DNA of 41,800 nt from a virus (Duplodnaviria > Caudoviricetes). Both the position numbers and the translations under genes were made by a program. The stretch is from the IMG/VR virus record IMGVR_UViG_3300020044_005319, positions 1-41,800 of that record. One strand, 5' to 3'. The notes under the pieces were generated by a model. The model saw nothing but the letters and a program-made list of their open reading frames with translations, did not search any database and had not been told where the DNA came from. Shown here piece after piece: positions 17,186 through 27,600 of this stretch; the stretch's first letter is position 1; each line of letters starts with the position of its first letter.

Positions 17186-17436
17186 TGCCGTTATACGATT
17201 TGTTTTGTCCCACCTGCCACCGGACAGTCGAACGCCAGTGCAAGATCAACGACCGGTTAAGTCAACGCTGCTACCACGACGGCGACTTGCTGACGGTGAA
17301 GATCGCGCCGGTCTACGGCAAGATGGCGGGCACGGTGCTGAAAGGTGGCGGCCCTGATAGGTTCACCGCGGACGTGCTCGGGGTGCGACTGGATGAACTG
17401 CCTAGCGGACTGCGGGCCGAACAGCCGCCCAAATAA
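17185..17436 (+). CDS. FmdB-like zinc-ribbon protein
   Basis: MPLYDLFCPTC...C N-terminus. Confidence 0.65.
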   Translation: MPLYDLFCPTCHRTVERQCKINDRLSQRCYHDGDLLTVKIAPVYGKMAGTVLKGGGPDRFTADVLGVRLDELPSGLRAEQPPK

Positions 17437-17560
17437 AACCGATGTTGGCCACGGCGTACGCAGCCCACGCCACGGCCATGCCGGGGTCGCCGGCTTTGCC
17501 GTAGCGCACCGCCACCGATAGATACAGTCCGGCGGCGATCAGCAGTTCCCAAGGCGTCAC
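17402..17560 (-). CDS. Small membrane protein ending the lysis cassette
   Basis: GTGA overlap with the holin stop; MTPWELLIAAGLYLSVAV...MAVAWAAYAVANIGFIW (52 aa); overlaps the convergent gene by 35 nt. Confidence 0.55.
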   Translation of the reverse strand: MTPWELLIAAGLYLSVAVRYGKAGDPGMAVAWAAYAVANIGFIWAAVRPAVR

Positions 17561-17958
17561 TTGGTCACGCCCTTGGCCTTATCCACGGAGCGCAGGGTGC
17601 CGAGGCCAAGCAGGCCGGTGATGACTACCCACTGCAGGTCGATGTTCACTTCGGGCGGGGCGGGCCAGCCTTTGGCAGTACCCACCCACACCAACACCGG
17701 CTGCACGATTGTGGCGTAGACAAAGCTGACGCCACCGGCCCAACCGAAGAACGGCCGCCAGCCAGCAACGAAGATGGACGAGTGCTGCGCTTCTCGCGCA
17801 TTGATCTCCAGCTGACCCATGATCTGCTTGAGATCACCATCCTGGGTCATCTTCATTAGTTCCAGTTCGGCGGCAGCCTTCTGCGCAGGATCCGGGAAGA
17901 TGCGGTCGATGATGCCTTTGCCCAGTTCAAACAGCGGGCCGAGCAGTAACGGGTTCAT
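17557..17958 (-). CDS. Holin (3TM-holin type)
   Basis: IIDRIFPDP...SIFVAGWRPFFGW...LLGLGTLRSVDK; directly downstream of the endolysin. Confidence 0.8.
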   Translation of the reverse strand: MNPLLLGPLFELGKGIIDRIFPDPAQKAAAELELMKMTQDGDLKQIMGQLEINAREAQHSSIFVAGWRPFFGWAGGVSFVYATIVQPVLVWVGTAKGWPAPPEVNIDLQWVVITGLLGLGTLRSVDKAKGVTK

Positions 17959-18290
17959 TTCTTACCCTCATGTTCCAGACTGTAGTGATTGCCGTCTTCA
18001 AAGCGGCCACCCCATGTGCCGCCCATCTTTTCCCACTGTTCGCCCAGCGGCCGGTGCGCTTCCGTGCTCTCCAGAAACACCCCGTCCTTGAACAGATTGA
18101 AGTCTACCGCCAGGCGCAACTTGTGGCAGGAGTTGGCCGAGCCGTAACCAACCTTCCAGCCCATCTGGCCATGCAGCCGGGGGTCACGGTAGGCATCGCC
18201 AAAGGTCAACTCGTAGCCATTGTCGTAGGCCCAGACGATCAGGTCCGCAATCATGCGGACGAACTTGCGCTGCTTCTGGCCGAGGGTCAC
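17955..18290 (-). CDS. Endolysin, M15-family L-Ala-D-Glu peptidase
   Basis: S.H..RLAVD and WGGRF.DGNHYS zinc motifs. Confidence 0.88.
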   Translation of the reverse strand: MTLGQKQRKFVRMIADLIVWAYDNGYELTFGDAYRDPRLHGQMGWKVGYGSANSCHKLRLAVDFNLFKDGVFLESTEAHRPLGEQWEKMGGTWGGRFEDGNHYSLEHEGKK

Positions 18291-18586
18291 AACGTCACCA
18301 AAGGCTTAATAGCCTGTGCCGGGATCACCGACACAGTGCCGTCATCGAAGTACAGGCCGATGGCACCGGCTTCTGTAAAGCCGCCGAAGCAACCCTCGTT
18401 TGTCTTGCCGTTCTGCGTCCACGTTGCCCGCAGCGGCAGGTTAGTCACTGCCGGCAGTCGGCACTTCTCGTCAAACAGCGTGACCGTGACGCCCGGCGCA
18501 TTGGCTACGGCGATGGGCGCTGCGTAGAGTCCAGCCCAAATGAACAGCAATCCGACAGCGATAAGTCCTTGCACGATGGTTTTCAT
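18287..18586 (-). CDS. Secreted or periplasmic hypothetical protein
   Basis: Signal-peptide-like N-terminus, two Cys, coupled into the lysis cassette. Confidence 0.7.
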   Translation of the reverse strand: MKTIVQGLIAVGLLFIWAGLYAAPIAVANAPGVTVTLFDEKCRLPAVTNLPLRATWTQNGKTNEGCFGGFTEAGAIGLYFDDGTVSVIPAQAIKPLVTL

Positions 18587-18924
18587 ACACTCCCCCTTGG
18601 CCAGCCCATTTCGATCTCAATGGCACGGGCGGCTTCTTTGAAGTCGGTGTCGTGCGCGTACTTGTTGGGCACCTGGTCATGGCCAAGTGCTGCGTGCAGC
18701 ATCTCATGCGCTAGGATACGGAGCAGCATGTCCAGTGATTTCGTGTCGGTGGTGTCTACCCAGATGCAGTGGTTGTCGCCAGCCTTGCCATGGTAGCCAT
18801 GGGCTTTGAGAGGCTTGGCCACAAACACCATCTTGTTGACCGACGGCAGGCGGCGGTCATTGTTGAACGCAATCTTTTTGAGAAAGCAGTAACCCGCGCG
18901 CAGGTCACTTTCGTCAAATTTCAT
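18583..18924 (-). CDS. SprT-like HExxH metallopeptidase
   Basis: ILAHEMLH followed by H..DF. Confidence 0.65.
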   Translation of the reverse strand: MKFDESDLRAGYCFLKKIAFNNDRRLPSVNKMVFVAKPLKAHGYHGKAGDNHCIWVDTTDTKSLDMLLRILAHEMLHAALGHDQVPNKYAHDTDFKEAARAIEIEMGWPRGSV

Positions 18925-19217
18925 TGGCGGCCGCTGCGAATCAGATCAGCCAGTTTGTCGATCTTGGCGTCAAAATGCTTGTGCAAGTCATCGACTTTAT
19001 GAAACAGAGAGATTTCCGAAGCCCGCCGTTCGTCCCGATCCTTCTCGGCCCGCTCGACGTAGGCTTCAAAAGTCTTTCTGTCCACTTTGGATTCCTCCAG
19101 CTTGGCGATGCGCCCCATGGTGGTTGTCCAAAGCCACGCGCCTATCGCAGCAATTCCTGCCGCAGCCCATGCCAGAATTTGCGACAGGAACGTGGTTTCG
19201 TCGGTGGGGGCGGCCAT
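18921..19217 (-). CDS. Single-TM coiled-coil protein, possibly lysis-related
   Basis: N-terminal TM helix followed by a charged coiled coil; AAGGA SD. Confidence 0.65.
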   Translation of the reverse strand: MAAPTDETTFLSQILAWAAAGIAAIGAWLWTTTMGRIAKLEESKVDRKTFEAYVERAEKDRDERRASEISLFHKVDDLHKHFDAKIDKLADLIRSGRQ

Positions 19218-19274
19218 CGGGAATATCCTTGTGGTGATTTGTTAGTTGTGCTGCTCTACAAAAACTAGGAAGCA

Positions 19275-21440
19275 TTAAATAGCGGCGATTACAAAGGCCA
19301 ACAGTTCATCGTATCGAACCCCATACCGATTGCCAGCAGGGATAGTGACGCGCCGCGGAACTTGGACGATTTTTCCATCTTCGCCGGTCACTTTGTCAAA
19401 GCCCTCGACCCTCTCATAGGCACCCCACTCGTCGTAACAGAGGACAGCGTAGTTAAAACCGTCCAAACCTTCGGCCTCAAATGCCGCCTTCACGTCTTGG
19501 GCAATTACACCGACATGGATGCGGGCGTGATCGCCTTTCTTTTCTACGGCGTCGTTAAATTTATAGGCACGCAGCAACCCCTTGAGTCGAACAGCAACGG
19601 CACGCTCGGCATCTGACAATTCTCGGATTTGCTGTTTTTCGCGCTGGTCAGAAGTGTTGATTGTGCCGGTGCCAGCGTAAACAACTGACCACCTTTGCCC
19701 AGAAGTCCCCAAATTTATGGTGTTATCTGTCTGCGGCCTAAAGCCTGAGTCATAAGTTTGCGTAATTGAATTGCCGTTAACTCCCACATAAACGCCACCA
19801 TCACCACCTTGAACTGTTGTGAAATTTCCTGTGCCGTTGTTATAGCCAAGTTGTATGTCGTTGCCAGAGGAAACGTAAGCGACAGCTTGCGCGGAGCCGC
19901 CAGAGTCTTTTATCCGAAACGCCTTATTATTTGGCAGCACCAAATCACCGGGGAAGGTGTAGTCCCCAGCGGCTGCGTCTATTTCAACGACCGCCAAAGA
20001 AGAATCGCCGCCGGTCTTTATCTTATTTACCGAACCGGCAGACACCTCACGCATGATCAAGTTGTTGCCGTTTCCGCTATTCGTCACCGTTGCGCCGGAT
20101 GCGTAGGAATTTGAAATATCGACTAAACAATTGGCAGTTCCTAACTCCAAAGTAAATGCAATAGAGCCAAATTGATTACCAGAAAACACTGCATTTGATA
20201 GTTCTACGCTGACGTTGCCGAGTATGCGAGCGCCGATAGTTTTGCCGCCATTTACGCCTGTAGGCGACGTGCCGGCGTCGATCTTGAGTTTGCCAAACTG
20301 CCCGCCAACGATCGTGTGCGAGCCGGTATCAATCAGCAGGATGCCGCCAGTTGACTGCGACGTGTAGATGCCGTGCAGTTCGTGGTAAAGCGTCGCCGTG
20401 CCTGACACGCCAATCTCAACATCATAACCGCTTGCCGTAGCATCGGTAGTTTGATAGATAGAGCAGGTTCCGTAAACTTGCACATGGCTGCCTGTGGCTT
20501 TCAGTGCGCGACCCGACATCCACAGAGAGCCACAATTTATTAGCGTCGGGTGATTGCCGGTCAGCACTACGCCGTCGCCAGTGTAGGTCGGAGTTGACGC
20601 ATCACCGCGAAACTCAAGGTTTCGCAATTGAACATAATTGCCGCTGGCTGTCAGTAATGCTCCGTTTGCATTTTTCTTGATTGTAGCAATGCCGTTAGAC
20701 GAATAGAGCATTTGACTAGACGTGCTTTGCGTAAGTGCGTGGGCGACGTAGGTGCCGCCAACAAAGTCAATGTTATATCCGGTATTGATGGCCGCTTGAA
20801 TAGCTATGGTATCATCAGTGACCCCATCACCAACAGCGCCAAAGTCTTTGACGCTAACGCTTTCGCCCAACTTGGCAGTAACGCTACGCTCAACCGCGCC
20901 TGTACCAGACTGAGTAAAGGTGCTGGTGTTGGCGTCACCGACCGCCAGTTCAAACGCCGTGCCGGCAACATTGCGCCGCAGGTAATACCCCGCCTTGCCT
21001 GCAACAACAATGTCGGTCTGTTCTCCTTCGGACGACGGCACTTTCAGTGAGCGGCCGGTTTCTTCATCAATTTGTTGGTCGATCATGGTCAACCGATCCA
21101 GCCGGTCTTCCAACACTTCCGCGTCGTTGATGTCGTTGTTCAGAAAATCGTCGTCTTGCGTCAGCGGCAATACACGGCGGATGACCAGCGTGGTGCCGGA
21201 TGCCGGTGCGCCGTAGGGGCTGGAGCCGCCCGCCAGGCTGACCGTGCCAGTCGTGCCAGCACCGCCAGTTACGGTGTAATCCGTATTCTCCATCAGTGTT
21301 TCAGACGCGCCAGTCGAGTCCGTGACAACCGTGAGCACAAGGTCACTGGTGTCAAAGAAGACCACTGGCGACGTGGCGAAGCTGGTCGTCACGCCATTGC
21401 CGGCAAATGTTTTTCGATTGGTCGTGCTTGATACTGTCAA
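19275..21440 (-). CDS. Tailspike: T7 gp17-like N-terminal anchor, pectate-lyase-like beta-helix, C-terminal S74 autocleaving chaperone
   Basis: GNGVTTSF...IRRVLPLTQ...LDRLTMIDQQ; SVKDFGAVGDGVTDDTIAIQAAI; NTSDQREK...GVIAQDV...YGVRYDEL; TTG start with GGAG SD. Confidence 0.9.
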   Translation of the reverse strand: MTVSSTTNRKTFAGNGVTTSFATSPVVFFDTSDLVLTVVTDSTGASETLMENTDYTVTGGAGTTGTVSLAGGSSPYGAPASGTTLVIRRVLPLTQDDDFLNNDINDAEVLEDRLDRLTMIDQQIDEETGRSLKVPSSEGEQTDIVVAGKAGYYLRRNVAGTAFELAVGDANTSTFTQSGTGAVERSVTAKLGESVSVKDFGAVGDGVTDDTIAIQAAINTGYNIDFVGGTYVAHALTQSTSSQMLYSSNGIATIKKNANGALLTASGNYVQLRNLEFRGDASTPTYTGDGVVLTGNHPTLINCGSLWMSGRALKATGSHVQVYGTCSIYQTTDATASGYDVEIGVSGTATLYHELHGIYTSQSTGGILLIDTGSHTIVGGQFGKLKIDAGTSPTGVNGGKTIGARILGNVSVELSNAVFSGNQFGSIAFTLELGTANCLVDISNSYASGATVTNSGNGNNLIMREVSAGSVNKIKTGGDSSLAVVEIDAAAGDYTFPGDLVLPNNKAFRIKDSGGSAQAVAYVSSGNDIQLGYNNGTGNFTTVQGGDGGVYVGVNGNSITQTYDSGFRPQTDNTINLGTSGQRWSVVYAGTGTINTSDQREKQQIRELSDAERAVAVRLKGLLRAYKFNDAVEKKGDHARIHVGVIAQDVKAAFEAEGLDGFNYAVLCYDEWGAYERVEGFDKVTGEDGKIVQVPRRVTIPAGNRYGVRYDELLAFVIAAI

Positions 21441-21946
21441 GATGATCTCCTTAAATACTCAATGGCTGCCGTAAGTGCTTCGGCGTTGTCTTTGAAACGC
21501 CCCAATCCTTGGTTACATTCGGTACACAACAGCCCACGAACTTTTCCAGAAGCGTGACAATGATCTACTTGCGGCTTTTCAAACCGCGGCCCTGTGTGGT
21601 TAAACGGCATCTTGCAGATAGCACAACTGTTTCCTTGCGCAATGAGCATCGCTTGATACTGTGATTCAATAATTCCGTATCTATGCTTACGCCACACAAC
21701 TGCTGCGACCTCTGGTCGATCTTGCCGCCGCTTTGCTGCATAACCTTTTACTTTATCCGGATTGCGCAATTTCCATTGCTTCACCGACTCCGTATTGCCT
21801 CCTGGGTTTTTACTCCGCCAATCTTTGCTTTTTTCATTGTTGCACGGCTTGCATACGGGACTTCGGCCATCCTTTGATGCCCTTCGGACACCAAACTCGG
21901 TAAGAGTCTTTTCTTGTTTGCAAGCAGAGCAAGTTTTAGTGGTCAT
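21437..21946 (-). CDS. Endonuclease VII-type freestanding homing endonuclease
   Basis: CSAC...CKPC zinc finger; QGNSCAIC...VDHCHASGKVRGLLCTECNQGLG. Confidence 0.88.
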   Translation of the reverse strand: MTTKTCSACKQEKTLTEFGVRRASKDGRSPVCKPCNNEKSKDWRSKNPGGNTESVKQWKLRNPDKVKGYAAKRRQDRPEVAAVVWRKHRYGIIESQYQAMLIAQGNSCAICKMPFNHTGPRFEKPQVDHCHASGKVRGLLCTECNQGLGRFKDNAEALTAAIEYLRRSS

Positions 21947-21954
21947 ATTCCAGT

Positions 21955-22704
21955 TTACCCTAAGAGCAGGAACATTGTTTCAAGTTCTTGTTTCCGTTGC
22001 TTTTTCTTGGTTGGCGTCTGCACCGGCATTGCTGTCACATCCCAATACGAGATGGGCGGCGGTAGCCGGGTGATGCGGAATTCCGCCCCCTGGCCAACCA
22101 CGCTGAACGTGCCGTGCTCGGCCGCCAGTTCGTAGCCGACCGTGACCGGCGTGTACGTGATGTCGATGTCCTGCCCGGCCAGCGTGAAGCTGCCGTGCGA
22201 AGGTGACAGCGCGCGGTTGCGAGCCAGCGTAGCGTTCTGCCCAGACAGGCTGAACGTGCCATTGTTGGCGGTGAGCAGTTTGCTCCGCAGCAGCGTGACG
22301 CTTTGCCCTGAAAGGCTAAAGGTTCCGTGGGTCGAAGACAGCGCCCGGTTGCGATTGATCGTGACCGACTGCCCACTCAGACTGAACGTGCCGTGCTGCG
22401 CCGTGATGTCGTAGTTGACAGCCGCGGGCGTGTACGTGATGTCGGCGGTTTGCCCAGACAAAGCAAACGTGCCGTTGCTGGCCGTCAGTGCCCGGTTGCG
22501 CGTGACGGTTACGGATTGTCCGGAGAGGCTGAACGTGCCGTGCTGCGCCGTCAGCGTGTACGCGCCACCGGCTGGGCTTTCCAGCGTGATCGGCGGGCTG
22601 GGGTCGTGCGCCGTGAGGGTCGGCTGCCACTGCCAACTTTCGTTACCAGTGCCGGGGAAGCCCGCTCGACCCCCGGTCCGGTAGACGTAGTTGCTGACTT
22701 TCAT
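21955..22704 (-). CDS. Repeat protein, possible fibre shaft
   Basis: Seven 22-27-aa repeats centred on (H/N)G(T/S)Fx(L/V)xGQ. Confidence 0.75.
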   Translation of the reverse strand: MKVSNYVYRTGGRAGFPGTGNESWQWQPTLTAHDPSPPITLESPAGGAYTLTAQHGTFSLSGQSVTVTRNRALTASNGTFALSGQTADITYTPAAVNYDITAQHGTFSLSGQSVTINRNRALSSTHGTFSLSGQSVTLLRSKLLTANNGTFSLSGQNATLARNRALSPSHGSFTLAGQDIDITYTPVTVGYELAAEHGTFSVVGQGAEFRITRLPPPISYWDVTAMPVQTPTKKKQRKQELETMFLLLG

Positions 22705-22705
22705 G

Positions 22706-23815
22706 TCAGCCGCTGACCATCTTTATAGCGCCCCACCAGTTGGTCGCAGTCGTGGCCGACTTGGCCACTTCCATGAACGCTAGGCAGGCGTCATCATAGA
22801 CGCGCTCCAGATTGAACGCACTGTTGATGCCGTCGATGATGACCGGGGTGTTGGCAGCAGGCATCGGCACAAAGGTCAGCGGGTGGCCAATGAACCACGT
22901 CACCACACCAGAGGCCATGGCTGCCGACAGGTTGATGGCGTTGGCGCTGTTCTGCAGCGACCGGATGCCCGTGTCGCCAGAGGCCAGCGGGTAGAACCAG
23001 TTGGGTGCCGTAAAGGGCACGGTACCAACAGCCGCGGCAGAGGCGATGGTGGACAGGGCCGCGCCGGTCGTGTTGTTGCCAGCGTCGTCCACGTAATCCA
23101 GCGTGATGGTCGGGGTAGCTGCCGGCAGCACCGTGGTCACTTCGCCACTGAAGAAGTTACCGGGTGCGGTCGTTGCGGTCTGGTAGCGGGTCGGCACGTT
23201 GGCTGCGTCGCACGAACGCGGGTCAACCGTCATCGTGTGCGTCATGTCCCAGAGGCGGTCGTAGAGCAACAGTATCTGACCCGCCACAGAGGCTTGCGCG
23301 GTGATGGTGGTAATGTGCAGTTGATCGCCACCGGCGGCGTTGGCTTGGCCGAGGGCGCCCTGCGTGGTGCGCGTCCGAGCAGCGCCGGTGCCGGTCGTGC
23401 CGCCTGCCGCGCCCGCCACTGGCGTTGCGCCAACCGTCCATAAAGTATTTGACCGCGCAGCAACCCCCGCCACACCTGCTTTGACGAAGGGCAGCATCTG
23501 CGACTTGCCGCCCGTGGTGGCCTCGCTGATCAGGTCGGACAGTGAAGAAAACCCGGCGTGGAAGGTGCCGTGTTGTTTCTTGGCAAACTGGCGCAGGACG
23601 CGGCGCGTGCGCTGCACGGCGAAGTCGGCCAGGTTGTCCATGTAGCCGCCACGGATCGGGCCACAAAAGTCACCGCCGCGCATGGCATAGACGCGCCCCG
23701 GCACGTTGGCGATGGCAATAGGCGGGCCATACCAGTTGCGCATACTTTGTGACAGGCGCTCGGTTTGTTCAGTGCCGAGCCAGTTTTCCAGCCGCTGCGA
23801 ATGGGTGTGTTTCAT
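22706..23815 (-). CDS. Hypothetical Thr/Ala/Gly-rich, probably virion, protein
   Basis: Start placed at ATG 23815 (MKHTHSQRLE), 1 nt after the upstream stop; beta-rich composition. Confidence 0.7.
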   Translation of the reverse strand: MKHTHSQRLENWLGTEQTERLSQSMRNWYGPPIAIANVPGRVYAMRGGDFCGPIRGGYMDNLADFAVQRTRRVLRQFAKKQHGTFHAGFSSLSDLISEATTGGKSQMLPFVKAGVAGVAARSNTLWTVGATPVAGAAGGTTGTGAARTRTTQGALGQANAAGGDQLHITTITAQASVAGQILLLYDRLWDMTHTMTVDPRSCDAANVPTRYQTATTAPGNFFSGEVTTVLPAATPTITLDYVDDAGNNTTGAALSTIASAAAVGTVPFTAPNWFYPLASGDTGIRSLQNSANAINLSAAMASGVVTWFIGHPLTFVPMPAANTPVIIDGINSAFNLERVYDDACLAFMEVAKSATTATNWWGAIKMVSG

Positions 23816-23816
23816 C

Positions 23817-24230
23817 TTAGGTCGCCTGGAACACGCCGTTGGTGCCGTCAAGCGTTACGGTGACTGTCTCGCCCGCTGCGACCACTTGGCTGCTGCCGTA
23901 GTCCCAGTAGCCAATGACGTTGTTGTTCGTGCTGTTGACCAGCAGAGCGTAGCGGAAGGTGAAGCCACCGCCAGTGGCGGTCCATGCGGTCGGGGAATTT
24001 AGCACCAGCTTGTAGGTGCCGGCGGATTGCGTGGCGCTGGACACCGTGGCAGAGTTGCCGCCCTGCGTGTAGCCGCCCCCGGTGGCCAAGTCGGTCGTGC
24101 CCGGCGTGAACGTGGCGTTGGCTGGTGCGCTGGCCGACAAAGCGATGGCCCAAGTGTCGGAGCCAGCGTTGACGGCTTCAAACAGCGGCTCGATCGCCGC
24201 GTTGATTTTTACGAATGATGCGGTGGGCAT
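23817..24230 (-). CDS. Hypothetical virion protein
   Basis: GGAG SD; GGGYTQGG...FRYALLVN...IGYWDYG...GETVTV, beta-rich. Confidence 0.75.
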   Translation of the reverse strand: MPTASFVKINAAIEPLFEAVNAGSDTWAIALSASAPANATFTPGTTDLATGGGYTQGGNSATVSSATQSAGTYKLVLNSPTAWTATGGGFTFRYALLVNSTNNNVIGYWDYGSSQVVAAGETVTVTLDGTNGVFQAT

Positions 24231-24242
24231 TGCTGTCTCCGA

Positions 24243-24611
24243 TTAACGTAATACGGTTCTGGAACGCATGGTGCCGAGTTCATCCGGCACCATCACGCGG
24301 TCGGCCAAAGCGGCCTGAATCATCTTGTCCATGCGCTTCGCCAGTGAGTCTTCCAACTTCTCAATAGCCGCCACCAGCGCAGCATCCTCTGGCGCGTCAT
24401 CTTCGTCGTCATCCTCTTGATCGACTTCGACCGGTTTGCGGACTTCCCGCCGGAGTTCGTCAATCTGCAACTGCAAGTCAGCGGCCGTGCGCTCGGCAGC
24501 AATGGCGCGGTCTTCCAGCACCAGGATCAGCCGCCCGAGTTGGCGCGCGGTTTCGTCTGACGTGTCATCCGGCAGCTGCAACTCCCTGCCATTGCCAAGG
24601 TCGAGTATCAT
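24243..24611 (-). CDS. Hypothetical coiled-coil, acidic protein
   Basis: ATGA overlap with the upstream gene; coiled coil and acidic tract. Confidence 0.7.
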   Translation of the reverse strand: MILDLGNGRELQLPDDTSDETARQLGRLILVLEDRAIAAERTAADLQLQIDELRREVRKPVEVDQEDDDEDDAPEDAALVAAIEKLEDSLAKRMDKMIQAALADRVMVPDELGTMRSRTVLR

Positions 24612-27600
24612 TTTTCAGCCTTGATTCGTTTCTCAGGGGCAACTGCCTCTGTCTGCTTGACGATGGTGTCCACGATCTTCTGCCGCACTTTGTCACGTTC
24701 TGCTGCATCCGGCGGCAGGGCGGCATATTGCCCTTGGCGGCGAGTGCCTTCGATGACGCGCTTGTAGACTTCCGCCTTGGCAAAGTCCGGGATGCGCTCC
24801 CAGTCCGTGGCGTTGACGATTGGCGCCAGAATCTCCATGGCGTTCTTGCCGGACACCTGTGCAAACACGTCGCGCTGCTCGGCGGTCAGTTCGATGCGTT
24901 TGTCCTTTGGCTTGAACGGGCCTTTCTCGATCAGGAACTTCGGCGCCGGCGACATGGCAATCTCCAGCCGCACGGCTTCGGTTTTAACTTTGTCCTTGCT
25001 GACTTCGCTGGTCGCCACCGGCATGACAGCAAACCACTTGTCGTTGGCGGACGGCTGGCCCCATGCGTCCCGCTTCGGCATCAGCTTCTCGCGGAAGTAG
25101 GGCAGTTGCGACTGAATCGCGTCCATCACGCCGTCCACTTCCCGCTTGTACGGGTCAGCCAAGGTGGTTGTCTGTCCGACGATTTTCGGGATCAGCGACG
25201 TGGCGTAGCCTTCCAAGAACTGGTCTCCGTAGCGCACCGGGTCTACCATGGCGTTGACCGCACCGGCCAAGCCTGACAAGTAGGTCGTGCTGATCGTAGC
25301 GTTGCCGAACATCAGCACCAGCATCGACAACATCTTGGCCTTGTCTTCTTCGTCCTTGCTGGCCTTGATCATGTCCACCAAGTCGCCGGCAATGCCCATG
25401 ACCTTGGCCACCGGTTCAATGCGCTGGAAGCTGTAGAACTTGCCGTTGATCTGCACGCTGTAGGGCTGCCAGCCGGCGGCACGTTTCGCCCCGCCCTGCT
25501 CCTTGTCGAACAACCCGCCGCCGGTCAGGATACCGTCTTCGGACATGGCAAACGCCGTCATGGCAATGCCTGTGCCGATGGTGACGCGGGCAATAGCTTT
25601 GGCTTGGGATTCGCCGCCAGCGGCAAAGTCTGCGCGCCAGCGGGCGGACAGGATGTTCAGGCCCGGCGTGTGCTGCACAGCCCACGAAACCAAGTTGGCC
25701 GGTGTGCGAACGAACGGGATGACGAATTGGCTCCAATGGCCCGCCATAGCTTGCTGCACCATCTCCAGGCGCGGGCCGACTCGCTGCGAGAATACGGCTT
25801 CAGCGCCGGTCTGTGCAATCGTGTCCAGCACTTTCTGACCCGCAGTGGGTGTCAGTCCGGCAGTCGGGTTGTTCAGGTATTCGGTGATCTTGGCTTTCGC
25901 CTCCATCGTGTCCGGGTGCAGCCCTTCTTTGACCACCCGATCAACTGCCAGTTCGTAGGCTTTTGCCCGTTCGGCAGGGATACGGAACAGCGCGTCCTGC
26001 GCTTGCAGCAGGCGGAACGGGGTGCGAATGATCTCGCCCTTTTTGCCTTCGATGGCCGGGCGATAAATATCACCCTTGTCCAGACTCAGCGTGTCACTGC
26101 GCAGGGCTTCGCCGGCCACTTTGAGGGCGTCTGCGGTGCCGAGTTGCAGGCCGATGATGGACGACAGGGCGCGGGCTTTGAACTGCGCCATGGTCAGCGG
26201 ATCGCCTTTGGCTGCGCGTTGGCCAGCGGTGATCGTTGCGGCCAGAATGTTCTCCGGCAGTTCGATGGCCCACTTGGTCATGTTGCCCATGATGTTGGCC
26301 AGATGGGTCTGCGGGCCGGACAGGATGCCCGCTTTCCACGCTTCGATCATTTTCTCAGTGGTCGTGGCCTTGGAATACAGGCTGGCAAACTCGGCTTGCT
26401 GCGCCGGGTCTTTCAGCTGCGACATGAGTTTTGCTACGTCTTGCAGGCTGCCCTTGCGCTCGGCAGCGGCCAGCAGGGTGTTGGCTTCGCCCAGCAAGGC
26501 AGAGTCGTATTTGATGCTGCGCAGAATCTGGAGTGCGCGGCCGGCTTCGGCACCCACACCTTCCAGTTCAGCCTTCAGCATACCCACGCGCTCAATGGCG
26601 GCAAGGGCAGTCAGTTTGGCTTGCGGTGTCAGTTCGGCAGGCGTCAGGTCTTTGATCTTCGCCAGTTCCTGCATGGCGTGATTCGTCGCACCTTTCAGCA
26701 GGTGCGCGCGGGCGTAGATTTCCGCCGCGTTGCCGGCTTCACCGATCACCCGGTCGCTGACTTTGCCGCCAGCAATGGCTTGCAGCGCCTCCGTGGCGGT
26801 CTGTTTGTTCGGCACCACGCCACGGGTCTGCGTCTGAATCTCGTTTTGGTAGAGTTCCGTGACGCCGCGCAGCACGCCCTTGGCGGTTGCGCTGTCCGTG
26901 ATGTATTCGTACTTCACCGGGTCTGTCAGGCGCTCGCCATTCAGCTTCGGCACATTCGTCAGCGGGTCAGCGTTCAGCGCCTCACGCAGCATATCCGGGC
27001 GCGGGTCGGCGTCGATGGCAGCCTTGATGCGTTCTTGCAACGCTACTGGCTCGTAGGCTGCCGGCGTTTCGCCTTTCTCCAGCGCAGCCTTGATTTCAGG
27101 GTTCTTCGCCGCGTCCCCAACCACCATGTCAGGTGTGCGGCCAGTCTGCGCGTAGATTGAACGTAAACCACCCGCCACCTTCACTGCACCCTTCATGCCA
27201 CCCAACAGCAGGGCGTTGTCCATGAAGTCCATGGCGGTCGGCATCCGGCCTTCAAGAGCAGCGGAAGTCGTAGTCAGGGTTGCCAGTTCGGTGCCGAAGA
27301 CTGCCGCACCTTTGGTCGCTGCGCCGGTTGCGGCTGGCAACGCCGCACCCACCACGCGCCCGGCACCCATGGTGGCAGCGCCGATGACCGCGCCTTTGGT
27401 GCCACCAGCCATCGCCGCTTTGGCAATGTCCCAAACCCCACCCCAGGACGCGGCATGGTTGTTGGAGTAGGCTTCAATCAGTGCATCCCGCAGCGCCATC
27501 GGAGCAGCGAAACCCGCAGCGCCCGCGGCAATCGGGCCGCCGGCGGCCGCCGGAACTGCAGCCGCAATCGACAGCGGCAGGTCAGCGGCAACGCCGGCGG

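Noticed and set aside
23817-23851. Programmed frameshift joining the 137-aa and 369-aa genes
   Set aside because: No slippery heptamer was seen, and an ATG 1 nt after the upstream stop explains the downstream gene.
19275-24611. Diversity-generating retroelement, as in BPP-1
   Set aside because: No reverse transcriptase or Avd-like gene, and no TR/VR pair differing at adenines was seen.
25604-27160. Long antisense ORFs (518 aa here, also 38105-39220, 39099-40214, 34719-35600, 131-793)
   Set aside because: They are shadows of GC-rich genes on the opposite strand and have no recognisable motifs.
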